Part shown: positions 45,975 through 54,755 of the stretch, in pieces | Layout: the number at the start of each line of letters is the position of its first letter | How positions within the stretch are numbered: the stretch's first letter is position 1 | From: Candidatus Omnitrophota bacterium | GTDB taxonomy: Bacteria > Omnitrophota > Gorgyraeia > Zapsychrales > Fredricksoniimonadaceae | NCBI GenBank assembly: GCA_002753465.1 | Contig: PEAF01000001.1 | Location: 69,455-133,454 of the forward strand | Direction of reading: 5' to 3' | DNA length: 64,000 bases | Made by a program: the position numbers and the translations under genes | The notes under the pieces: generated by a model | Database searches by the model: none | Told to the model about the DNA's origin: nothing | Seen by the model: the letters and a program-made list of their open reading frames with translations, nothing else

Positions 45975-47266
45975 AAAAGAGGTTCAAGAAATTCATATTT
46001 TGATTTTGGTTTGTTAGGCTTTTCATCTGTTGTCGCTTTTGCGAACGACTTGATCTCATGATCATTGCTCAGTGTCTGCTTAAATAGATCTTTCCACCGA
46101 TAGCTCTTACATTTAGATTTGGCATCGGTGATCAACTGCTTGTAAATAGAGATGGCCCTTTCGGCTGATCTTGGCATTGTAAAAGCCGTGGCGGTAGCTT
46201 TGGCGGCATGACAAAGCTCTGAGCGTTCTATTCCTGACATTGAAAAGTATTTTGCAATGGCATTAGCAAAGTCCTGTTCATTATCCTGTGCGATCAGGAA
46301 ACCATTGTATTTATCACGTGCTATATCCCGTACACCGGGTGCATCCACAGCGACAACAGGTATGCCGGCGGCCATAGATTCGAGGATCACCAGTCCCTGC
46401 GTTTCACTATGGGAGGCAAATGTAAAGATATCCATGGCATGATAAGCGTCTATCAGGTCTTGTCCGTGAAGCGTCCCGGCACAAAACAATCTGTTTGATA
46501 CACGATGATGCTGAAAAAATTCTTTTATAGCAGTCTCTAAAATCCCTTGCCCGACAACCAGGAATACAGCAGTTTCATTTATTTGAAGGAAGCGCATTAT
46601 GCCGCGCATTAGAAAATCAATATTCTTCTCCGGTGCCAGCCGACCAGCTGTTCCTATGACGAAAACGTCAGGATTTATCCCGAGCCGTTTACGCAATGCG
46701 GCGGCATTATTAACCTTGAAATGATCGGGGTATATTCCCGTCGGGATAACTTCAATGGGCCGGTTAACGCCGCGTTGTTTAATTAGGGCTGCGATGCTTT
46801 CACTGGGAGCAAAGACGTAATCGCATGCGTTGGCATACCTTGTTGCCATGGCAATAAGAAACCGTTTCATCAAGCTTGAATTAAGGGGTACATAATGCGT
46901 GTTTTCTTCATAAAGAGAGTGATGGGTGAAGATCACCGGGATCGTGCACTGTGAAGCGATCCTCAAGGCTGTATTCCCGACAAGGAAAGGGTGATGCGCG
47001 TGAACGATATCCGGATTGAATGTATTAATGACTTTCGATAGTTTGAAATATATTGGCAGTTCTATGGAGAAATTGGTTTTGTTAACGTTCTTGATCGCGG
47101 GGATACGGAACACTCCTTTTTCATGTGCCGGTGAGCCTTGCTGCTCAGGGGCTACGATAAGTACTTCGTGCCCCATGACGCGGTACTCATGCGAAAAATA
47201 TTCGATCGAACGCTCCAGTCCGCCTATGATCGGTCGATATGTATTGGTCATCATAAGTATTCTCAT
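45962..47266 (-). CDS. Family 4 glycosyltransferase (GT4, GT-B fold)
   Basis: MRILMMTNTYRPIIGGLE, GRLAPEKN and ETQGLVILESMAAGIPVVAVDAPG. I chose start 47266, which gives an ATGA overlap with the upstream stop; the track start is 47281. Confidence 0.8.
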   Translation of the reverse strand: MRILMMTNTYRPIIGGLERSIEYFSHEYRVMGHEVLIVAPEQQGSPAHEKGVFRIPAIKNVNKTNFSIELPIYFKLSKVINTFNPDIVHAHHPFLVGNTALRIASQCTIPVIFTHHSLYEENTHYVPLNSSLMKRFLIAMATRYANACDYVFAPSESIAALIKQRGVNRPIEVIPTGIYPDHFKVNNAAALRKRLGINPDVFVIGTAGRLAPEKNIDFLMRGIMRFLQINETAVFLVVGQGILETAIKEFFQHHRVSNRLFCAGTLHGQDLIDAYHAMDIFTFASHSETQGLVILESMAAGIPVVAVDAPGVRDIARDKYNGFLIAQDNEQDFANAIAKYFSMSGIERSELCHAAKATATAFTMPRSAERAISIYKQLITDAKSKCKSYRWKDLFKQTLSNDHEIKSFAKATTDEKPNKPKSKYEFLEPLFWPD

Positions 47267-49530
47267 GGGTGTCCCGTCCATTCTAAAGTTATCGTATGCG
47301 TACCTTGGGGAACGGTAACAACTTTTGAGTTCAAGATCTTTACTTCAATAAGAGGTTCACGGGCATACCAATGTCCCGTCCAGGAGACAATGACATTTGA
47401 TGGACCCGGAGTTAAGGTGATCTCCACATTTCCAAATGAAGTCGGTGCGGGGCCGAAGGATATGTTTTTGCCTTTCTCAAACCATGATCGCGGTATGCCG
47501 GAGCACAGGATAAGCCTGTCATTTTCTTCTCGTATAAAACAATTCCTGATCATGAGGACCCACTCCGCTGCCGCCCATACATGTTGTCCGTCACCCATAC
47601 ATCCCCCGCCCGTGGCCGGGTGGATCGCCTCAGGCCATTGTCCTGTGGACGAGGCAAGATTCGCCACCGTTGACATGAGATCGAGAAACCTCGGGTCTTC
47701 AGCACGCAGGAGTGCCTGGGCTATGTGCAGGGTCAAGTAAGGGTTTATCCCTGAATGGGTCATGTCATGGAAGAATCCTCCTTTGATCAAACAATGTTGC
47801 ATAAGAAAATTCAGTGTATCCTTCAGACGAGGATCATCGGGTTTGATAAGCCGAAGGGGGTGGCCGGCTACCAGCGACCCGATAGCCCCTGTATCCATAC
47901 GGCGATAGACAGATGCCGGCATCGCCGCTCTTTGCAAGCGTTGTGCGACTTTAAGAAGACTTTGGTCAATGGTAAGGGACAGGGATTCGGCCTCATTCTT
48001 GAAGCGTATGCTAAGGTCCTGGTCTTTGTAGGCTTCACATAAAAAAGCAGCGGCATTCAGGCCAGCAACAGCCCAGAAATCATCCCAGTAATAGAAATCA
48101 TTGGGTCCTAGGTGCTCAGCACTGAAGCCGGATGGTAAAAGGCCGGCATGCTTGAATTTAAGGGTCTTGGGTAAGCGTTTCTTGCAGATCCAGCGGCCGG
48201 CTTTAATGATCGATTCTTTCCACGCTTTAGGGGGTGGCTGATCTGTCATTTGACAATATTGCTGCATGATCCATAAGGCTTCACCATTAGAATCCCACTC
48301 GCCTTCCTGCGACAGAAAGTATCCTTCGCGGGTTTGCCTTGAACGGAACTGATCAAGGGCTAGCCGGACACGTTCTTTGAAGCCTGCAACAAGTAAGGCA
48401 TACAGGATAAATGTAGCGTCACGGAACCAGAAACGGCGGTAAATAAATGGTCCCGGGTAGACCTCTTTTGGACAGTGCAGGACCATGGTGCGAATAGCTG
48501 CTTCATAAAGGAACTGCCAATATGTATCCGGGATCTTTAAAGGACTTTCCTCTTGAAGATTTTTCTTCCATAAGAAGTGAGGTGATACATGGCCGGAAGA
48601 TGAATTGTTGTGAGCATTATGATTGCCTAATGGTATCTGAACTGTGATCGAGCGAGTAACTCCCCCGTAAATACTATACAAAGCAGCTGACGTAGCCATA
48701 CCTACCTTGCACCAGACGTGGTCTGAAGGTGTTTTTGAGTGCAAAGACCTTAAAACATCCCCGTCATGATAATAAGAAAATTCGCACTGCTCGATCGGGG
48801 GATCAAAATAAACATGCTCTTTGCGGTTCACAAGCAATCCTTTACGGTCTTTTTGTAGGGCGATATCATGGATGAAAATAACACCTTCAGGATTGTATGG
48901 TCTTAGAGAGATCGCCACTTTACCTGCGCCAGGGGCATTGGCATAAATCTCGATGCGGCAAACAGGGTCCGTCGCTGCCCCATCCATTTTAACAATGGAT
49001 CTTAAAGTACAATTTTCATGGGTACATTCAGTGACGACACGAAGTCCATCGACAAAGTCAAGTTTCTGCTGAACATTGATAAGTCTTGAAGGGAGCAATG
49101 GTTTTTCATCCAAAGGAAGAATCCAGGCATCGATGGACCATCCATTGTAAATAGGTGTCACAAGGCCGCGCGGGTCAACGATCGGATACTGTGCACAATC
49201 AGGAAGCCCTACTGCGGTCCAATTCCGATGTGTGAGATTGATCTGTGTAAGCGAGAAGGCTCGAGGGATAAAGGCCTTGTTGCGGGGATTATATTGGCAC
49301 TCGACCCAATAAGGCCAAACCCAATCAAGATTGTGCTGGATCGCAAGGCTGTTAATGAGGCCGCGGGCATGCAGAATAACGCCGGAGCGTAATAATTCAG
49401 TCGGGGCTGTTACTTCAGAGGGTTGCGCAAAGTTCTGCAATTGGGAAAAAAGCTTGATAGGGTCAAGGAATCCCTGCTGCTGTGCGGCAGATCGTAGAAG
49501 GAATTTCCATGGAAACCATCGCCACCACAT
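47263..49530 (-). CDS. Six-hairpin (alpha/alpha)6 glycoside hydrolase-like protein (GDE_C / GH15-like)
   Basis: FWFRDATFILYALLVAGF, EGEWDSNGEALWIMQQYCQMTDQ and YYWDDFWAVAGL are typical of amylo-alpha-1,6-glucosidase or glucoamylase-type barrels. The N-terminal half is beta-rich. Confidence 0.55.
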   Translation of the reverse strand: MWWRWFPWKFLLRSAAQQQGFLDPIKLFSQLQNFAQPSEVTAPTELLRSGVILHARGLINSLAIQHNLDWVWPYWVECQYNPRNKAFIPRAFSLTQINLTHRNWTAVGLPDCAQYPIVDPRGLVTPIYNGWSIDAWILPLDEKPLLPSRLINVQQKLDFVDGLRVVTECTHENCTLRSIVKMDGAATDPVCRIEIYANAPGAGKVAISLRPYNPEGVIFIHDIALQKDRKGLLVNRKEHVYFDPPIEQCEFSYYHDGDVLRSLHSKTPSDHVWCKVGMATSAALYSIYGGVTRSITVQIPLGNHNAHNNSSSGHVSPHFLWKKNLQEESPLKIPDTYWQFLYEAAIRTMVLHCPKEVYPGPFIYRRFWFRDATFILYALLVAGFKERVRLALDQFRSRQTREGYFLSQEGEWDSNGEALWIMQQYCQMTDQPPPKAWKESIIKAGRWICKKRLPKTLKFKHAGLLPSGFSAEHLGPNDFYYWDDFWAVAGLNAAAFLCEAYKDQDLSIRFKNEAESLSLTIDQSLLKVAQRLQRAAMPASVYRRMDTGAIGSLVAGHPLRLIKPDDPRLKDTLNFLMQHCLIKGGFFHDMTHSGINPYLTLHIAQALLRAEDPRFLDLMSTVANLASSTGQWPEAIHPATGGGCMGDGQHVWAAAEWVLMIRNCFIREENDRLILCSGIPRSWFEKGKNISFGPAPTSFGNVEITLTPGPSNVIVSWTGHWYAREPLIEVKILNSKVVTVPQGTHTITLEWTGHP

Positions 49531-49581
49531 AGAGCCGCCTGTCCTTTCTTTCCAACGATGGACGCGCTGATCGCCCTAACG

Positions 49582-49956
49582 TTATGAAATGGGTATTTTT
49601 TGAGGCGTCGATGCATGAGACTTGACGAGTATGACCTCTAAAACACCATTGAGATAGTTGGCCAATAGTTTATGGCGGTCGATATCCGCGTTAAGTTGAA
49701 ATTCACGGAGATATTCGATCTCAGTAAACCGTTCGTTGTAGAGTTCAGCGTATTTCCCATTAATATGCTCTTTCTTGCGAAAAGCGCTGATCGTCAAACT
49801 GGTGCCTTGCAGCTCTATATCAAGCGTATCTTTGCTGACCCCAGGCATCTCGACATAAAGCATGATCTCCTTGTCCGTTTCATAAATATCAACGGGAGGA
49901 CGCACGATACGATGATCATGCTGCGCCGCTCTAGTACTTCTTGATTTATGGATCAT
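49582..49956 (-). CDS. Hsp20/alpha-crystallin family small heat-shock protein
   Basis: PPVDIYETDKEIMLYVEMPGVSKDTLDIEL...GVLEVIL follows the ACD pattern, with a GGAGG SD upstream. Confidence 0.85.
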   Translation of the reverse strand: MIHKSRSTRAAQHDHRIVRPPVDIYETDKEIMLYVEMPGVSKDTLDIELQGTSLTISAFRKKEHINGKYAELYNERFTEIEYLREFQLNADIDRHKLLANYLNGVLEVILVKSHASTPQKIPIS

Positions 49957-49973
49957 GTTTGCTGCCCTCCTTC

Positions 49974-50447
49974 TTATTTCACATCAATTTTGATCTGTTG
50001 CGGCTTAGCGTCCTCTTTTTTGGGGATAGTCAATTCAAGGACGCCATCTTTAAAGCTGGCATGTACTTTGGTTTGGTCCACATCAACAGGTAAAGTTATA
50101 GAACGGTGGAAACTCCCATAAAATCTCTCGGTACGTAAATAATCATCTTCTTTGATCTTTGATTCACGTTTCTTGTCGCCGCTGATGGTCAGGATGTTCT
50201 GCTGAATAGATACGCTAATATCATTTTTGTCCATTCCAGGAAGATCGGTTTTGACAACCAAACTGTCTTTGGTGTCAAAGATGTCAATGGCCGGCGCCCA
50301 CATGCCACCTAAAAGTGATGTATCATCGTAATCGGGCCTTGAAAGTGAAATATCGAACAGATTATTCATTTCCCTTTGCAGGTTCTCCAATTCTCCCGAC
50401 TGATTTGAAGCTCTGTGCTGTCGTCTTTGAATGGGGTAGTTCTTCAT
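49974..50447 (-). CDS. Hsp20/alpha-crystallin family small heat-shock protein
   Basis: WAPAIDIFDTKDSLVVKTDLPGMDKNDISVSI...ERFYGSFHRSITLP...GVLELTIPK. I prefer Met 50447 (AGGAGG 8 nt upstream) to the track start at 50471. Confidence 0.85.
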   Translation of the reverse strand: MKNYPIQRRQHRASNQSGELENLQREMNNLFDISLSRPDYDDTSLLGGMWAPAIDIFDTKDSLVVKTDLPGMDKNDISVSIQQNILTISGDKKRESKIKEDDYLRTERFYGSFHRSITLPVDVDQTKVHASFKDGVLELTIPKKEDAKPQQIKIDVK

Positions 50448-50494
50448 AGGGATCGCCTCCTGTTCATTCATGTTATTTCGTTCGTATGCTTTTA

Positions 50495-50716
50495 TTAAAG
50501 GTACCCAGCTTTTGTTTTTATGATCTTTCGAAAAGGCAAATGCTTATTGTCACTGCGCAGTTTGAACCATGTCTTAGAAAAACGCTTTACCCACTCCTCT
50601 GCCGCAGCATCAAAGCTGATGTCAGAACCCAGGATCTCATTCTTGGCCCACTTGTAACGTTCGATCTCAGTTTTCATTTCCGGGTCGCTGATCAATGCTG
50701 CTGTTACCGTAGACAT
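50495..50716 (-). CDS. Small conserved-looking hypothetical protein (73 aa)
   Basis: GGGAGGATAAAAATG is a strong SD at the internal Met. MSTVTAALISDPEMKTEIERYKWAKNEILGSDISFDAAAEEWVKRFSKTWF has a helical ERYKW...G.DI pattern that recurs in small bacterial proteins. I will not name a family. Confidence 0.55.
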   Translation of the reverse strand: MSTVTAALISDPEMKTEIERYKWAKNEILGSDISFDAAAEEWVKRFSKTWFKLRSDNKHLPFRKIIKTKAGYL

Positions 50717-50786
50717 TTTTATCCTCCCTGGTTGAAGTTTATTCGTAAAAAAATAATAGCAAATAATCTCAATCTCCACAATCTCT

Positions 50787-50814
50787 ATTTTATCGTATAA
50801 AGCCTGATTGTTCA
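50787..50814 (-). promoter_or_regulatory. Putative sigma70-like promoter (TGAACA-N16-TAAAAT) for the small-protein/hsp20 operon
   Basis: On the minus strand the -35 is 50809-50814 and the -10 is 50787-50792. Three GAGATT hexamers follow (50765-50785, plus-strand AATCTC). Confidence 0.3.
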
Positions 50815-50964
50815 TTTAATTGATTATAGGTAAAAAAGTCTTGAGGTTGATCGTGAGAGTTGTTTAGTGTGGGGGCTTAGAAGAGTGTTAGAAGAAATAG
50901 GGGCGAATTCGTTGCCAAGACCATCGATAATCGACGACAATAATGTTCAAGTTGAATATTTTAT

Positions 50965-52881
50965 TTATTTTACTGATTGATTGCGGCCTAAATTGGATAG
51001 AATTCGAAGATTTTCTAATGCCTCGTCTTTTTGACCTGTTTTCATTAAACAGGAAGCTTTATTCTGGTAAACAGCGGGGTCCATGGGGTTAATGCGCTGA
51101 GCTCGGTTCAGGTCATTCATGGCCAGTGCATATTGACCTTGGGAATAATAGACGACAGCGCGTCCATTGAGCGCCGATGAGTTATCAGGGTCAATATCTA
51201 AAGCACGCTGATAATCTTTAAGGGCATCCTCCATTCTTCTTTGCTGTAAGAAAAGAGCCCCTCTAACAGTATAAGCAACGGGGATGCCCGGTTTCAATCG
51301 TATCGCCTCGTCAAGATCGAGTAAAGCCGCGGGATAATCCCCCATTTTCTTGTAAACCTCACTTCTTAAGATGTATGGGTCATAATTATCAAAATTAATT
51401 TCAATGGCTTTGCTGAAAGCTTTTAAGGCTCGGGGTTGGTTAGAAATGTTGGTATAGATGATCCCCAGATTGAGGTAATTCTTTTGATCGGATGGATCCA
51501 TGGTGACCGCCAGATCAAGGTAGCGGATAGCCTCATCGTAATGTTTAGACTCGAGATAAAGCTGTCCCAGGGCAGCATATGGGCGCGCCTTACCGGGGGA
51601 TTTTTTTATCACATCTGTCCAAAGAGTAAACCCGTCATGCCATATTTGATTGCGCTGGTAAGTGGCAAAGGCCCATATTGAAATGATAGAAACTAAAAGA
51701 TAAAATAACAGCCTGCGAGACTGGATCGCAATGGAAAGAAGTGCTGTTGTCGACAGAAAGAACCCGAAAGAGATCAGGTAAAGTTTATGCTCCCAGATCA
51801 CATTTAACCTTGGGGCCAGGTTGATAGAGAATGTGATCAGCATCCACGCCAGTCCAAAGGCGACCAGGGGAAGTTTCTTGCGCAGTTTAAAGATCAGCAA
51901 GATAAAGATGGCGATAAGCCCCATCCCTACCAGTGTCAGGGGCGGATGCATCAGGTCGGTCGAAGCAGGAAAATCATAATCAAGGTTCTGGTTAACTGGA
52001 AAGATCAGCAAGCGGCAAAAAGTCAAGAATACGCGCATTTGCGTAAGAGAATAATTTCCCACGTTCAGGATGTCGCCGTAATGGGATTCAGACGGGATCC
52101 TTATTAGAAAAAGTGAAGATAAATCGAAATGAAGTAATTTTAAGAATAAAGTGCCAAGGAGTGTCCCGGCAGTTAAAAGAACGATGAAAATCTTTATGCG
52201 GTCAGTGTCGCCAGAGATTGGCAGCGGCTCGCTTGATCTCTCCTGTGGTTTTGGGTGCAGGATCAACTCAATGGCTAAAAGCATAAGCGGGATCGTAATA
52301 GCGACTTCTTTTGTCAGCAAGCCTAAAAGGGCACAAACACAGGATAAAGTGAAAAAAGAGATTTGGGGCATTCTTGAAGATGTTGTTCTGGCGCGCAAGT
52401 AACAATAAATAGTTGCAAGATACAAAACGGTTGCGAGGGATTCGAATCGTTGTGAAATATATGTAACAGCCTGGGTTTGGCAAGGGTGAACAAGAAATAA
52501 AACTGATATGATAAATGGTAGTTTCTGTTGAATCTTATCTGTAGAAGGGATCCAACCGACGGTTTTGAAAATAAGGGTTGCGGTACCCCAAACAAGCAGT
52601 GTTGCCAGCAGATGAATTATAAAGTTAAATATGTGATAGCCCTGAGGATCCAAATGGCCGATGAAGTAATTTAACGCAAAGGAATACATGACTATGAAGC
52701 GTGTTTTGGGGAGAAAAGACCATAGTTGATCGATCTTATGAAGGTTTTGGATGTAAACATTGTTGATGATAAAAGTCTTATCATCGAACACAAAGCCAAA
52801 ACCAAATGTCTGGTGGTAAATGGCCAAACCTAAAAGGATCAACACGGCACATTGAATAAGCCGTACGTGTTTTGACATCAT
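50965..52881 (-). CDS. TMTC-like membrane protein: GT-C type N-terminal domain plus C-terminal TPR repeats
   Basis: The N-terminal loop motif FVFDDKTFIINNVYI is followed by about 10 TM segments. Multiple TPRs then follow (ALGQLYLESKHYDEAIRYLDLAVTMDP, ...). Confidence 0.7.
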   Translation of the reverse strand: MMSKHVRLIQCAVLILLGLAIYHQTFGFGFVFDDKTFIINNVYIQNLHKIDQLWSFLPKTRFIVMYSFALNYFIGHLDPQGYHIFNFIIHLLATLLVWGTATLIFKTVGWIPSTDKIQQKLPFIISVLFLVHPCQTQAVTYISQRFESLATVLYLATIYCYLRARTTSSRMPQISFFTLSCVCALLGLLTKEVAITIPLMLLAIELILHPKPQERSSEPLPISGDTDRIKIFIVLLTAGTLLGTLFLKLLHFDLSSLFLIRIPSESHYGDILNVGNYSLTQMRVFLTFCRLLIFPVNQNLDYDFPASTDLMHPPLTLVGMGLIAIFILLIFKLRKKLPLVAFGLAWMLITFSINLAPRLNVIWEHKLYLISFGFFLSTTALLSIAIQSRRLLFYLLVSIISIWAFATYQRNQIWHDGFTLWTDVIKKSPGKARPYAALGQLYLESKHYDEAIRYLDLAVTMDPSDQKNYLNLGIIYTNISNQPRALKAFSKAIEINFDNYDPYILRSEVYKKMGDYPAALLDLDEAIRLKPGIPVAYTVRGALFLQQRRMEDALKDYQRALDIDPDNSSALNGRAVVYYSQGQYALAMNDLNRAQRINPMDPAVYQNKASCLMKTGQKDEALENLRILSNLGRNQSVK

Positions 52882-52906
52882 TATGCCCTGCTTACCCTGA
52901 GCGCTT

Positions 52907-54751
52907 CTATTTTGTTGCTTCTTCCATGATCTGGATCATGCGTTTGACGTAATCCGTCTTGGAGGTCAATTCTCCGTCCATCAATTGGGCGCTTTCATAA
53001 AGCTGAACGACACATTTCTTAACAAACTCATCCGCCGGATTAGCTAGATATCGCCTGGAAAGGTTCTGAATAATAGGGTGATCGATGTTTACTTCCATAA
53101 TGCGTTTGGATTGTCCGACATCCTGCCCCATGATCTTCATCATCCGTTCCATCTGACGGTCCATGCCCTTGGTTCCTGATACCAAAGTCACAGCGGAATC
53201 TACCAAACGTTTTGAAACTTTGACATCTTCGACCTGGTCTTTCAGTGTTTCTTTAAGGAACACGATGAGGGACTTGGAAAGAGCATCTTCATCTTTCTTA
53301 TCGGCGTTCTCCAGCTCAATATCATCCTTATCTATCGCCTTGAGGGGCTTTTTATCATACTCACCGATCGAAGGCACTATAAAAATATCAACGGGCTCAA
53401 CCAGAAAAAGTACTTCGAGCCCGTGTTTCTTGAAATACTCGAGGTTGGGGTTGCCTTCAGCCTGCTGACGGCTTTCGCCAGCCAGGTAATAAATTTCTTT
53501 CTGGTTCTCGCGCATTCTTCCGACATAGTCCTTGAGAGAAGTCATTTCGCCGGCACTTTGAAGGGAGTTTTCGAAGCGCAAGAGATCGATCAGCTTGTCG
53601 CGGTTGACAAAATCGGTATTGATCCCCATCTTGAATATGGGGCCGAAGGATTTATAAAAGCCCAGGTACTCGGCAGAATCCTTGTTCGCCATCCGCTGCA
53701 GCCACTGTAGGACCTTGGTGGTCAATGCGGATTTGATCTTCGTCATCACCGGTGAATTTTGAACTACTTCACGCGAAACATTCAAGGGCAGGTCGCTGGT
53801 ATCAACCACGCCGCGGATAAATTGCAGATATTCGGGCAGCAATTCCTTGCAGTCGTCCATGATCATGATTTTCTTGGTATACAACTGAATCGTCTTGTGC
53901 TGGTGGGTACGGATGAGTTCAAAGGGCGCTTTCTTGGGGATGAAAAGTAAGGCCTTGAATTCCGCCCCGGCGCTTTCAACCGATAAATGCAGTGATCCCA
54001 GAGGGTCCTCAAAGTCATTGGTGATAAATTTATAAAATGCGTTACGCTCCTCATCCTTGATCTCATTTTCGTTCTTGCGCCACAGGGCTTCAACCGTATT
54101 GATCTTATCGTTACCTACGAAAATAGGGAAATCAGCGAAGTTGGAATACTTCTTGATGACCTGTTTGACATGATAGTCCTCAGCGAAATCTTTGGCGGTC
54201 TCTTTCAGTTTGAAGGAGATCCTGGTGCCGCGTTCATTTCTATCAATGGCTTCAATGGTATAGTTCCCTTCACCCGTGGAGACCCAGCGATACCCTTGAG
54301 AATCCTTATCAGCATGGCGGGTTTCAATGGTCACCTCATCGGACACCATAAAGACGGAATAAAAGCCGACGCCAAACTGGCCGATAAGATCGCCCACGTT
54401 CTTGCCTTCTTCTTTCATTTTCTTAAGGAATTCTAAAGTGCCTGAACGAGCCACAGTGCCGATATTTTCCGTTAAATCCTCGTGGGTCATACCGATGCCG
54501 TTATCCTGAATGGAAAAGGTCATTTCTTTGGGATCAACCGCAATCTTGATCTCAAGGTCTTTGCCCTTGTCGAGGATAGTATCATCGGTCAACTCACGGT
54601 AACGTGCCTTGTTCAAGGCGTCAGAGGCATTGGAGATAAGTTCTCTCAAGAAAACCTCGGGATGCGTATAAAGAGAATGAATGATCAACTGTAAAAGTTG
54701 TTTCATCTCCGCTTTGTACTCCATCTTTTCTACGGGTGATTTGGCGTCCAT
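52907..54751 (-). CDS. htpG: Molecular chaperone HtpG (Hsp90)
   Basis: LLQLIIHSLYTHPEVFLRELISNASDALNK, IGQFGVGFYSVFMV and SDLPLNVSRE. Confidence 0.92.
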   Translation of the reverse strand: MDAKSPVEKMEYKAEMKQLLQLIIHSLYTHPEVFLRELISNASDALNKARYRELTDDTILDKGKDLEIKIAVDPKEMTFSIQDNGIGMTHEDLTENIGTVARSGTLEFLKKMKEEGKNVGDLIGQFGVGFYSVFMVSDEVTIETRHADKDSQGYRWVSTGEGNYTIEAIDRNERGTRISFKLKETAKDFAEDYHVKQVIKKYSNFADFPIFVGNDKINTVEALWRKNENEIKDEERNAFYKFITNDFEDPLGSLHLSVESAGAEFKALLFIPKKAPFELIRTHQHKTIQLYTKKIMIMDDCKELLPEYLQFIRGVVDTSDLPLNVSREVVQNSPVMTKIKSALTTKVLQWLQRMANKDSAEYLGFYKSFGPIFKMGINTDFVNRDKLIDLLRFENSLQSAGEMTSLKDYVGRMRENQKEIYYLAGESRQQAEGNPNLEYFKKHGLEVLFLVEPVDIFIVPSIGEYDKKPLKAIDKDDIELENADKKDEDALSKSLIVFLKETLKDQVEDVKVSKRLVDSAVTLVSGTKGMDRQMERMMKIMGQDVGQSKRIMEVNIDHPIIQNLSRRYLANPADEFVKKCVVQLYESAQLMDGELTSKTDYVKRMIQIMEEATK

Positions 54752-54755
54752 GTTC

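Noticed and set aside
47138-47740. 200-aa plus-strand ORF spanning the GT4/GH junction.
   Set aside because: It is antisense to two well-supported genes. It is Pro/Arg/His-rich with no motifs and no SD.
50903-50917. Sigma54-like element TGGCAA-N5-TTCGC (GG-N10-GC spacing) on the minus strand upstream of the hsp20 unit.
   Set aside because: Both the -24 and -12 boxes are imperfect, it lies about 187 nt from the start codon, and no enhancer-binding protein is encoded in the window. A sigma70-like TGAACA-N16-TAAAAT lies closer. I kept it only as a note.
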